From: Opitutales bacterium
GTDB taxonomy: Bacteria > Verrucomicrobiota > Verrucomicrobiia > Opitutales > UBA2987
Direction: 5' to 3'
Assembly (NCBI GenBank): GCA_965226885.1
Contig: CBDDEL010000012.1
Location: 1-64,000, forward strand
DNA: 64,000 nt
This document shows positions 44,734 to 55,674 of this stretch, one piece after another. Positions within the stretch are counted from its first letter, which is position 1, and every line of letters starts with the position of its first letter. The notes beneath the pieces were generated by a model, which was given only the letters and a program-made list of their open reading frames with translations, was not told where the DNA came from and searched no databases. Made by a program: the position numbers and the translations under genes.

Positions 44734-46240
44734 CCCGGATATTTCGTAAAAAAAGTATCGTTGATATGCTTAACTGCTGATATACAGCAGGATAGATCAA
44801 TAATTAAAGCAATATCAGCGATGACAAAAGGTAAACAATTAAAGCTACAGTTGACAAGGGTAAAAGGCCGCCGTGTGCGGGTTGATTTCAAGGGCGGAGA
44901 GGTTACTTCGGATGCCGGACTGCTTTTGATCCGGGAAGTGGATCGGCAGTTGGGCTTGACCGAACGAGCGGCCCGACAGTTAGTGGACAAACGGCAGAAG
45001 GGCAAAGTACGCCATGAGGTCTTGGGGATGCTGCGGCAGCGCGTTTACGGGCTGGTGGCGGGCTATGAGGATTTGAACGACTTTGATACCCTGCGCCACG
45101 ATCCATTGTTGCAAACGGTAACGGGGCGCATTGAAACGTTGGCCAGCGCGCCGACTTTGTGTCGTTTTGAAAACGGGCAGGATCGGCGGGCGGCCTTTGC
45201 GGTAAACGAGCTGTTGGTCGAACAGTTCATGGGCTCTTTTGCCGAGGAACCCGAAGAGATCATCCTGGACTTTGACGCCACCGACAATCCGGTGCACGGG
45301 CTCCAGGAGGGACGTTTTTTCCACGGTTATTATGATCATTACTGTTTTCTGCCGCTATATGTTTTTTGCGGTGATCAGCTGCTGGTGGCCTACCTGCGGC
45401 CGAGCAAGATCGATGCCAGCAAGCATGCCGGGGCCATCCTCAAATTGCTGGTTAAACGGATTCGCCAAAGCTGGCCCCGTAAGCGGATTATTTGGCGCGC
45501 CGACAGTGGATTTTGTCGAGACCGGATACTCTCTTGGTGCGACCGCAACGAAGTTAGTTACATCGTGGGGATGGCTCGCAATGCACGCTTGCAGCAAGAC
45601 GCCCAGCAGTTGCAAAAGCAGGCCAAAGAATGGTTCGAACTAAGGGGTAAAAAACAACGGTTATTCCAGGACTTCGTCTATGCTGCCGATTCGTGGCGAT
45701 GGCTGCGGTTGGTCATCCATAAAGCCGAACACACCGCACAGGGGTCCAACCCGCGCTTCGTGGTGACGAACCTGCCGGGCGATCCCCAGGAGCTTTACGA
45801 CAAGGTATACTGTGGCCGCGGTGAAATGGAGAACCGAATCAAGGAACAGATGCAATTGTTCAGCGAGCGCACCAGCGCCCATCAATGGTGGGCCAATCAG
45901 TGGCGATTGCTCTTGTCGGCGCGGGCCCAATGCCACACCCTGCGGCTCAAATTAATCAAGATCGGAGCGGTCATCGTGCGCAACACCCGAACGATTCACT
46001 TTCACCTAAGTGAGAGTTATCCTTGGGCCAGTCTTTTCAACCATGCGGCCCGCCGATTGGTGCCAACCTAAAGGGTGCATTGGTGCTGCCCCCGGCACTA
46101 CCGAACCAATGGGGGAAAGGGGGCAGTGTCTCTACACCCTGAAAAACACCTAAAAATCAAGACGATCTGCTCAAAATACAAAGAAATCCATCTCCAATAG
46201 CAATAACGAGCCAAACTTTACCCTTCATGAAATATCCGGG
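44734..46240 (+). mobile_element. IS1380 variant B, both ends present, with a 60-bp in-frame internal deletion
   Basis: TTAG on both sides; transposase 44821-46071 lacks LAYTLMEAMRRLALKGTKWA, deletion between GGCGC microhomologies. Confidence 0.92.
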
Positions 46241-46243
46241 TTA

Positions 46244-48712
46244 GCAGGACACAGTTGTTTTTGGGATTTTGCGGCGTCCTTGTGCTCCTTGGGTTATTAG
46301 CCGTGCCCTTGTATCGGCATGTAAAAATTTGGGTAGTGTATTAAGTAGGAATGGTGGCTAATTCTTGATTATATTGATGAATGAAAAGTCTCAGACAGGT
46401 TTCATGCATACTCTTAAGCTTGGAAAAGGAGAGGGTTTTGCGTGTGAAACGACCCAGTCGTTGGCGCAGGGTATTGTTCCATCGTTCCACATGGGCCGTT
46501 TCACCGGTTTCTCTTTTCCCACGGATCGGTTATGAGGAAAGACTTCATCATAAGTGCTCCAAAAGTCGCTGTAGGTGGCACATCTTTTGTAGGCCCGTGG
46601 CAGACGCTCGTAAAGTTCCCGGCAACGATACCAATCCCGAGGCCCAATGGCATAGGAGAGGATTTGACGGGTGCGTCGGCAAAGAGCGATCCAAACCCAT
46701 TGGGCATCGCTCTTGCGCCCCACAAAAGACCACAGTTCGTCCAGTTCAATGACATCATGGCGGCGGGCCGCAAGAATCGTGCTTTTGAGCGGTCGCAGCG
46801 ATTGTCGTTTTTTTTAACCAACTCAAAACGGTGTTGGGACTCACCCCGAAGGCGCGCTGTAAACCGCGTAGACTGCTGCGTTCCTGATAGACTCGAAGGA
46901 TCATTTCTTTTTGCTCTTCGGTGTATTTCACTGTGGGGTTTTGCGGCTTTGTTTACCACAATCATGGCAGCGGTAGCGCTGTTTATGGTTGGGCGTCTTG
47001 CCAAATTTAATGATATTTTCACTTCCACAGTGCCGACAATTAATAATTTTAGTAACCATGCACTAAAAATAAACTGCCTAACGCTATTTGTACAGCTAAA
47101 AATACACAATAACATTCTTTTTTTATACACTACCAAAGTTTGGCGTGCCCGGCGCCTGGCCGAAACGGCTTTGGAATTATCGGCCGACAGGGAAACCATT
47201 ATGGAGGCATGGGAGAAGGCTCAGGCTGCCTACAATCTTGCACCCGCCGACTACGATGCCGTTTATGCTCTGGCCCGGGTTATGACCAAGGGAGACCCTT
47301 CCCTGGCACTGCCGTTTTGGGAGGAGGTCCTGAAGCTATCCAATGGCTCAGCCAAAGATCGGTTGGAACTAGTCGGGACGGCCCTTGCTATAAAAAGGTT
47401 TCCCTTGGCAGAGGAGCATTTGGATATCCTCAAAAAAGAGATACCCTTGCACCCGGAATACCTTTACCTGCAATCGCGGCTTTACCTGGGGCAGAATCAA
47501 CTCGACGAAGCGATAGAGCTGGCTTCCCTTTTATTGGAACAGGAAGACATTCCCGATAAGGCGCACCTTTACTTCGTTCAATTAAGCCAGCTTTCACCTC
47601 AACCGAAAATTCGCCAGGCTGGCATCGATCACTTGTGGGATCTGGCCCGGCGCACCGATGGGCTGGGGATTTCCGCCATCAAGAACCTGGCGCGGTTTCC
47701 GGGGCGAAACCCTGAAACTACTCCAACCCTGATTGGGCTCCTGGATAAACATCCGGCCCCCACCCTGCAGGAGCAATTGCTGCGTTTGGAGATGGAACTG
47801 ACTTTGCCCGGAATCAATGCCGAACAAATTATCCTCAAAGCGGAAGAACAACTCGATTTGCAGGTACCGGAAAAACGGCTGGAATTCGCCCGCTGGCTGA
47901 ATGGAAAGCGTCTGCACGTACACACATTGAGGATTATTGATGAAGAGAGGGCTTTGAGCCGCAAAGATTTTTTTCTGGTCTGGATCGATGCGATGGCCGT
48001 TTTAAACCGCTGGGAGGAGATCGGAGGTATTTTGGAGCAACCGGGGATTCCCCTCGAGACTACCTTTATGCATCTGTTCAAGATGCGGTTCTTAAGGGCC
48101 ACCGACCAGTTTGCGAGAGCTGATATCGAATGGGAAAAAGCTCTTTTTTCCGCTGTCGGCGAGCCGGTCAGACTTTGGTATATGTTTAATTATGCGCAAC
48201 GACTGAATTTATCCCCTTATGCGCGCAGCGCCCTCGAGCGGTTGATTTCTTTCCCCTCAGCCATGCGGGAAGCTTACGAAAAACTCCTGCTTTTGGAACG
48301 CGGTTTGGGCAGCACCGGGGCGATGCTGGCGGTGGTTCGCAGAATGGCAACGGTTTATCCCATCGATTCCGCTGTAAATAACGATATTGCCTACCTCAGC
48401 CTGCTCCTCAGGGAGGACGTTAAAAAGTCGGTCCGCAATGCGCGTCGGCTGGTTGAGGAAAACCCCAGATACCTGTCTCACCGGGTTACCCTTGCCTTGG
48501 GCTATTATCGGCAGAGCAATGCGGTGGCCGCCTTGCAGTTATTTGTCGGCCTTAATTTTGATGAAATTGATATCCCCAATCGCTGGCTCCCGGTTTTTGC
48601 CGCCATTTTGGAGGCCAATGGGTTGTCGTTGCAGGCCGACAATATGCGAAGAAAGATAAATTCCGAGGCTTTGCTGCCGGAAGAGCGTAGCTTGTCGATG
48701 TCCAGCTTTTGA
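46244..48712 (+). pseudogene. Membrane-anchored TPR-like helical repeat protein disrupted by IS1 (start lost at IS1380)
   Basis: RTQLFLGFCGVLVLLGLLAVPLYRHVKIW (46244-46331) joins RARRLAET... (from ~47143); NNDIAYLSLL TPR-like C-terminus. Confidence 0.78.
46332..47134 (-). mobile_element. IS1 family element, copy 4 (frameshifted)
   Basis: Same ends; imperfect TSD AAAATTTG / AAAGTTTG; small indels break insA/insB. Confidence 0.93.
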
Positions 48713-48760
48713 TCGATTTCAATTTCGGCCCATCAATCAAACGAACAATAGGGGGATGGT

Positions 48761-49759
48761 TCAGAGGCTGGCCGGTGGAATCTGAGGCGTTGACTGTATC
48801 GGAATATCCGTGGGCGCAGCTGGGTCTCCAGGGCTGGCAGTAGGGCCGGAAGCAGTGCTGGAAGGAGATTGAAATAACGTAGTTAATATCGGATAATTTA
48901 GAATGGCGCTGCTGGCCGGAATATCTCCGAAGAGACTGATTTCGTATATTTTCAAACCACTGCTCGTTGTGGTTCCTTCTCCTCCTCCTGCATCGCCTCC
49001 GCCTCCGCTTTCCTGTAAATTTCCTAATGCCGCATCGATTTCTAGGTTGGCCTCTGCGACGATTGAGTTGATCTCGGCGGCAATGGCTGGGTCTAAGTTT
49101 TCCATCCTGGCAACCCCGATTTCAGTAATTGCGCCTTGAGCGTCAACCGTCACTGAGAGAACGAGCTGCTTTCCCCCCGTAATCTGGCTGGTATTTCCGC
49201 CGGTAGGAGTGAATTCAAACTCGCCCTGCGCCACACCGATGATGGCATTGACCGTATCCACTGTGATTTGCTGCAATTGCACAATCCAGTCGGTGCCGCG
49301 AATGCCGCCAATGCCGATGGGTGTGACAATTTCAAAGTTCGAACGCGGACGGAGGCTTTTGGTGCTGCCCACGATACTGCCGTAATCGAGCTTGAGCCGT
49401 GTCGTGGACACGCTGGGCTCGCGTGTTAACCCCCTCAACCGGCCCGTTTCCTCGTGGGGTTCCTGGGTAAATTGGGCCACCTGGAGCCGGGAATTTTCCC
49501 TAACCGTGACGGTGGAGCCGCTTGAAAAGAGCAAAGCCACGCTGCCATCGGCTCCTGTCACAATGGTGTATTGGTCCGTAATCTGGACTCCATTGGCTGC
49601 CGTAATGGATTCGCCGGTGGCATCATTGGTCGCGGTTACGGTGCCTTTTACATTGGCCATGATGATTACATTAGAAACCTGGCAGAAGACCTGGAAAGGC
49701 AGGGACAGAAATAAAACCAGAAAAATTGCCGTTTTCGGCTGAGGATATTTGCGAAACAT
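48761..49759 (-). CDS. FecR-domain-containing exported protein
   Basis: Signal peptide; TIVTGADG..ALLFSSGS, FEIVTPIGIGGIRGT. Confidence 0.82.
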   Translation of the reverse strand: MFRKYPQPKTAIFLVLFLSLPFQVFCQVSNVIIMANVKGTVTATNDATGESITAANGVQITDQYTIVTGADGSVALLFSSGSTVTVRENSRLQVAQFTQEPHEETGRLRGLTREPSVSTTRLKLDYGSIVGSTKSLRPRSNFEIVTPIGIGGIRGTDWIVQLQQITVDTVNAIIGVAQGEFEFTPTGGNTSQITGGKQLVLSVTVDAQGAITEIGVARMENLDPAIAAEINSIVAEANLEIDAALGNLQESGGGGDAGGGEGTTTSSGLKIYEISLFGDIPASSAILNYPILTTLFQSPSSTASGPTASPGDPAAPTDIPIQSTPQIPPASL

Positions 49760-49825
49760 TAGATTAAATTAAATTTAAAAATAGTTCGGTTAATCATGAT
49801 GTTGTTATGGAGCGGCCAGCTTTCT

Positions 49826-51043
49826 TTATCCTGAATTGCCCCTATTGCTGGAGGAGGCCTGGGCCGGGCGGACGGGCAGCCAGCGAATGAGCAGGTAACG
49901 GCCTCCGAGGTTGTTAAAATTCATCCGTACCCGCTCTTCTCCGGGTTCCACCTGCTGGACAGCCACCGGTTCATGGTTCCCGAAAAATCTCTCGGGAAGT
50001 CTGACAATATTCAAATTGCCGGCAGGTTTGTTTTGGCTTTCTTTTGGCTCAGGGCTATTATCCAAAACATCATCCAGATTGGGCAGGAAGTAAAACTGGA
50101 GAGTGCCCGGGCCCGATTCATAGAGAAGGGATAATTTGTTGACGGTGGCGTTTTGCTTCAGGTCCAAAACAAGGATGGATTGTTCATCTTCGGGTGAAAA
50201 CTCATAATAGGTCAAAGAGTCATCGTCGATCATGAGGTTGGCGTCGGTAAGCGACCCCGAATTGAGGTAGGCGATTTCAGTGCCCGAGTAGAGCGAGGCG
50301 TAATCGTAACTGACGGTTTCCGTAGTTGCGGAGATATCTAATTCCGCCTCCACCTCATTCACACTTTCCTGGGCGGCCATTTCTCTGCGCTGAAATTTGG
50401 TTTGGCTGATATTGGGTTCTCCAAAGAGCCCCAGGCTGGCAATTTCTCCAGATTTTTCGATTTCAAATTTCAGTTGGACAAATTGGGCTAGAATAATGGG
50501 AAAGGTGTAGTTGGTTCGCTGTTTGGGAGCAATTGAGATGTTTTCGCCGACCTCAGTCCAGCGTTGGCTATCAAGGGGTAGAAATGTGTCGGAGACAGAG
50601 ATATCCACCTTGCCGAGGGCGGAATAGCTCATCAGAAAGACCCGGTTGATGGGGTAGGGATTGACCAGATTGATGATCAGGGTGTGGGAGCCTTGGTTGA
50701 AGTTGTAAGCGAGGGTTTCGTCATCGCTCAAGAGGATTCCAACATCCGAACCTTCACTTGAATTGATGGAAATCTGTGCCTCTTGTCCCTTTTCATCAAT
50801 GTAGGTGATAGAAACATCCATGTGCCAGCGGGCCAGGTTCTTGGGCAGGGCGACCAGGTATTCCTCGCTGACTTGGGGAATTTGATGAAGCTCAAGCGAT
50901 TGGCCTGTGGCTGATGGCAGATACCCGGCCAGTAGTATCAGAACCGGAGAAATAATACGCAAAACGTCCTTTAATCCCATATTCGATACATTTCGGCATC
51001 TATGAAAAGAGCTTAAATACGGAAACTTCATTGAAACTTTCAT
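49826..51043 (-). CDS. Exported hypothetical protein (beta-rich, possibly discoidin-like domains)
   Basis: 405-aa ORF with hydrophobic leader; two similar LLSDDET / MIDDDSLT segments. Confidence 0.65.
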   Translation of the reverse strand: MKVSMKFPYLSSFHRCRNVSNMGLKDVLRIISPVLILLAGYLPSATGQSLELHQIPQVSEEYLVALPKNLARWHMDVSITYIDEKGQEAQISINSSEGSDVGILLSDDETLAYNFNQGSHTLIINLVNPYPINRVFLMSYSALGKVDISVSDTFLPLDSQRWTEVGENISIAPKQRTNYTFPIILAQFVQLKFEIEKSGEIASLGLFGEPNISQTKFQRREMAAQESVNEVEAELDISATTETVSYDYASLYSGTEIAYLNSGSLTDANLMIDDDSLTYYEFSPEDEQSILVLDLKQNATVNKLSLLYESGPGTLQFYFLPNLDDVLDNSPEPKESQNKPAGNLNIVRLPERFFGNHEPVAVQQVEPGEERVRMNFNNLGGRYLLIRWLPVRPAQASSSNRGNSG

Positions 51044-51379
51044 ACTGTGATTAATTGTGTTGAACCTATCTTAATCTACGGTCTTTGGCAAGAATTTATA
51101 AGAGGCTTATCATATGCCTTTTGCCAGTTCAAGGTTGCTGTAACTCTTTCTATAAGAATTAAATCTGGAATTTTTTAAAAATAAAAATTATTTTTAAAAA
51201 AAATATTAAAATCATCTTGAAACTGCTATTTTCCCCGAATTTCGACGATATTCAATTGACAGTTGAATCCACCTCAAGTTAACCTGAGACAGATTGGATA
51301 AATTATAGGGGGGACCTATCTTTATCCTGCTTACCTGTTCTTTATCCTGCTTACCTGTTTTATGCTATCATAATAAACA

Positions 51380-52645
51380 ATGGATAAAGAATATCAATTT
51401 TTACAGAGAAATACTTTATATCAGTTTTTGAAATCGAGCATTCCCGCTGCTATCCTCATTATAGTTGCCGTTGGATTGATTTTTCCCACTGGGGCTAAAG
51501 GAGCCCCACCGGCACCTCCCCCTCCTGTTGATTATATTTGGGATGGGGACACAAATGACTTATTTTCCACGGACGATAACTGGGATAATGTAGCGCCGGG
51601 AACAAGTAAAAATGTTGAGGATATTAATACAATTATCTTTAACCGAGCAGGCGATGTCGACCATAACGTTGAGCTCGACCAAGGCGCGGGAGGTTCCAAC
51701 ACACAGCCTATAGGATTAATTAAAATTGAAAGTACAAATAATCGAAGCTTTACCTTCGACGAGTCAACTGAAGGCAATTATGAATATCTCCTATATGGAG
51801 TTGATGTTGGTGGAACAATATTCGGATTTGATAAATGATAGCACCGGCGACCAAACATTCAATGTCAAAGTTGGCATGGAAAACTCCCAGACCTGGCAGT
51901 CAGCCGGCAATGTCACATTCGATGACACGGTATTTTCCGGCAGTAACGGCGAAAATCTGACTTTGAGTGGAAGTTCGGGGATTACCTTTACATTTGCTGA
52001 AGACGTTAACAATGCCTTGGAAAACACAACTGGGAATGAAGTAACCCTCATCCAGGATTTTGCAGGCACAGTTAATATGGATGGGGTGTTTTATCACACA
52101 TCCCTCGAACTCCAGCAAGGCACTTTTCTCTTGCGTGGAAACGATCTTGTCGAGGGCTCAAATTCGAACCCGACTAATCGAACCTGACTAATTTAATATT
52201 CAGCGACATTGGAGATGGCACATTTAGCACAGATGGGTATAACACAGATGGGTATAATGCGACTTTTAATGGGTCGATGACACTATCTGCCAATGGCACC
52301 ATTGACTTGGGATCCGGTGGCGGTACTGTGCTTAATTTTGAAGAGGGGGGAAGCCGCACTGGCGGCACCTTAACTATTGATAATTGGGATGGCGATATTT
52401 GGTCTGGAGGCGGAACGGATCAGATTTTTTTCGGGGAAGGCGAAATCCTTGACGATACATTTCTAAATAACGTTTACTGGAGCCATCTTCCTGCCTATCA
52501 ATTGGGTGCACGACAATTACCATCGGGAGAAATCCTTCCGCTCATTCCAGAACCTTCCACCTATGCCGGAATCGGATTTCTCATTGGATTCATATTTTGG
52601 CGAGAAGGTAAACGCAGAATGGCAGGAAATTCGGACCCCTCATAG
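51380..52645 (+). pseudogene. PEP-CTERM sorting-domain protein split by frameshifts
   Basis: Signal peptide; C-terminal IPEPSTYAGIGFLIGFIFWREGKRR; +1 indel near 51827 and 14-bp duplication at 52164-52191. Confidence 0.82.
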
Positions 52646-52768
52646 AATTCATTTCTAAATAATTTCTATACAAAGAGGTGTTAAATGCTCCAAGCCTCTC
52701 TTTTTTGGCTGGTATGGAAATCGGGGTATTTGACAGTCAAACTCTTGATGCCGTAGCGCTCAGGTGTT

Positions 52769-52904
52769 GGGAGAAGCAAGTAAATCATCTCGATTGACCT
52801 GCCCTCAATACCATGAAGGACCGATTGATTGGGTCTTTCAATGGGGGCCGTAGCCGAAGCATGGCGTTTCCATGGCCCCTCAAATCATAGGACTGAGGTT
52901 CTCT
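52769..52904 (+). ncRNA. Candidate structured small RNA (family unassigned)
   Basis: TTGACA at 52730 upstream; closing GAGAA/TTCTC pairing; hairpins TGAAGGACC/GGTCTTTCA and GGGGCC/GGCCCC; no ORF. Confidence 0.3.
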
Positions 52905-53095
52905 GTAGAATATTGTGCTGCTTGTAAACGCCGGGATGAAACCGGTACGGGGGTCGGGGTAAAACCGGTACGCTTGGAATAAGGTTTAGGTTAGTAATTG
53001 CAGGTACGTCAAGGTTTAGGGTTTGGGAGTTGGTTTTGGGGATTGGCTTGGGGTCGGTGAGGAGGCCGGAGGCCGACGAGCCGGGCCCAAGGCGT

Positions 53096-53863
53096 TTATT
53101 GTTTTGTGCCACGGCGACGGCGTCGAGCATCGCGCAAGCGGTAGCTTTGCCCGTTGGCTTCGAGGATATGCACCCGATGGGTGAGTCGGTCCAGCAGAGC
53201 TCCGGTGAGCCGTTCGGAACCGAGCACTTCGATCCAGTTCTCAAAGGGCAGGTTGGTGGTGACGATGAGACTGGTGCGCTCGTAAGCGCGGCTGACCACG
53301 TCGAAGAGCAGTTCGGAACCGGTCTTGGAAAAAGGGACGTAACCGAGTTCGTCGAGGATGAGTAGGTCGAGCCTTTCGAGTTGCTTCATGAAGCGCTGCA
53401 GGTCGTGGTTGTCGCGTTGCTCGAGCATATGGGTAACCAGGGCGGTGACCCCGAAGAAACGGATCCGCCGGCCCTGGGCACAGGCGGCAAAGCCCAGGGC
53501 GGTGGCCAGGTGCGTTTTACCGGTACCGGCGTTACCGAGGAGCAGCACGTTTTCGCGCTGGTCGACATACTCCCCGCGCATGAGCTCTCGGATGAGCGCT
53601 TCGTTGAGCGAGGGCTGCGCTTCAAAGGCGAAGCTCTCGAGGGTCTTGAGCACGGGGAAACGGGCGTTTTTGATCCGCCGCTGGGCGGCCCGCTGTTCGC
53701 GTTCAATGAGCTCCCGTTCGACCAGATGCAACAAAAAGGCGGCGTAATCGAGCCGGTCCCGGGAACAAGCCGCGGCCACCGCCGGCCATTCGCGCAGGAT
53801 GGTGGGCAACTTCAGTTTCTTGAGGTGATGGTGTAACAGCAGCTGGTTTTTTTCTTCCTTCAT
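53096..53863 (-). CDS. istB: IS21 helper ATPase IstB
   Basis: As copy 1. Confidence 0.93.
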   Translation of the reverse strand: MKEEKNQLLLHHHLKKLKLPTILREWPAVAAACSRDRLDYAAFLLHLVERELIEREQRAAQRRIKNARFPVLKTLESFAFEAQPSLNEALIRELMRGEYVDQRENVLLLGNAGTGKTHLATALGFAACAQGRRIRFFGVTALVTHMLEQRDNHDLQRFMKQLERLDLLILDELGYVPFSKTGSELLFDVVSRAYERTSLIVTTNLPFENWIEVLGSERLTGALLDRLTHRVHILEANGQSYRLRDARRRRRGTKQ

Positions 53864-55371
53864 AAAGCCCCTCCTGGAATCTTGAGCAGTTCGCTGTAGG
53901 CACCGAGGTCAGGGGCGGCCACACGGACGTGACGCAGGTGTGGATGGCCGTCCAGCCGGAAGGTTCTGCTCCCGTAGTCTTCCTGAGGATAGAGATACTG
54001 GGCGATGGCCTCACGAGTCAGTCCCCCCACCCGCAGGGCCGAGACGACGGCCTGCTGCAAGGCCGCCATGGGGTGTTTCTCCAACAGCCGCAGCACCCGG
54101 ATATACTCCCGGGTGCCTTCGCCCCCGCATTGGCTTTCGAGCCGGCGTCTGAGGACCTGCAGGCACTGCGGCAACTGCCAGCCCGAGAGTGGGCGGGCGA
54201 AGTCCAAAGCGCCCGGTTTTTTCTCCAGCAAAGCCAGGTAGTGCACCGGCTCGAAAGAGACTTGCTCTTTATCCCAAATGCGGCGGTGCCGGGCCACCTC
54301 TTGGCCCCCACAGAAGATCACCACCTGCCGACAGGACCCTTCCACCACCACCGGATGGTGGGCGCAGCGCACCGGCACCGAATAGTCGTTGCACTCGAAG
54401 CGCACCAGCGAGAGGCTGCTGACGCAGGTCGAGCGTTTGCGGCTCGCTTCAAAGGGTATGGGCGGCAACGCCAGCATGACGGCGCGCTCCTCGGCCAGCA
54501 GTTCCTTTTTCACCGCCCTTTTCCCGCGTAATTTACGCTCCATGTCCCGCTCACATGCCTCCAACAGCTTTGCGTTGAGTTCCTCCAGGTCCCGAACCTG
54601 CGGTACCGGTACCAGGAAGTTGGCCCGGGCATAACGCACGATCCCCTCGACCACGCCCTTCTCGTTGGGCCGGGCGGGCAGACAGAAGTGTTCCTCGAAC
54701 AGGTAATGGCTCTGTAGCTGCAGAAACCCGTCGGTCAGCTTGCGTTCACGCGAACCGATAATCTTACCCACCGCCACCTTCGAGTTGTCATAGCTGATGC
54801 GCCGGGGCACCGCCCCGAAAAACTCAAAAGCTCGCAGGTGCCCCTCCCAGAAGCTCTCCGTGCACTCCCGTTCGAACACCTGCACGAAAAAGGCATCGCT
54901 GTAGGGCAGGCTCATGGCAAAAAATGGCCGCCTACGCAATTGCCCCGCCTCCTTCACCAGGGCATGACCGAAGTCCACCTGTCCCTCCCCGGGGCGGTGC
55001 TCCAGCGGCACGAACACTTCCCGCCGCCTCGCTCGCAGCTCGGCCACCACCTCCTTGACCGCCGTGTAGCCCCCTTGGTAGCCCTTCTCCCGACCCAAAC
55101 GCTGGTAGATCCGTTTGGCCGTATGGCGCTGCTTCTTGGGCACGTTCCGGTCCGCTTTGAGCACCTCCTCGATCCAGCCCACATACGGATCGATCTTGCG
55201 CTCTCGCCTCTTCTTGCGCCGGTATCCCGGCGGCTGGGAATAGGCCAGGGCCAGCATCTTTCCCAGGGTCTCCCAGTGCAGTCCCTCTTCTCGCATTACA
55301 GAGCGCTTGCTCTACTTGTCCCGCAGCACTTTGTGCCGCACTCTTGTCCATTGCTTCATATCTCGATACAC
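53860..55371 (-). pseudogene. istA: IS21 transposase IstA with an early nonsense codon
   Basis: CAG in copy 1 is TAG here (55312-55314). Confidence 0.85.
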
Positions 55372-55453
55372 TCCTCCTTTCTAGGATAAGCGTACCGGTT
55401 TTAAAGCGCCCTCTTTACCGTACCGGTTTTTTCCCGGCGTTTACACTACCCGG

Positions 55454-55574
55454 ATTCGATCATCAAATAACCAAGAAAAGGATTGAAAAATCATAGTGAA
55501 AGCAGAAAATTGGATCGAAATATTGGAATGCAGCTATTTTCAACGATTATTAATGTTCATATGGGAAATCTCGG
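55454..55574 (+). repeat. Dispersed non-coding element, copy A (IS1380-like right end)
   Basis: 121 bp, colinear with 62263-62383; ends CATATGGGAAATCTCGG. Confidence 0.85.
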
Positions 55575-55674
55575 AATTTATCTGACTTTGGACCGACTAT
55601 TGCCTATCTGAACACTGATCAATTATATATCGGCATGGATAAAACTTTCAGGGAAACTAGGAAAGCCAGCTAAT

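Larger units (their letters stand above)
52923..55445 (-). mobile_element. IS21 family element, copy 2 (defective, no TSD)
   Basis: Near-identical to 10760-13270 plus two 6-bp duplications. Confidence 0.95.

Noticed and set aside
46532..48712. 726-aa ORF as a novel transposase-TPR fusion
   Set aside because: Its N-terminal ~200 aa is the antisense strand of IS1 copy 4, opened by chance indels; the real N-terminus lies at 46244-46331.
52843..52882. tRNA-like start GGGGCCGTAGC with matching GGCCCC
   Set aside because: Only ~40 nt, with no TTC T-loop or anticodon arm; treated as a hairpin.
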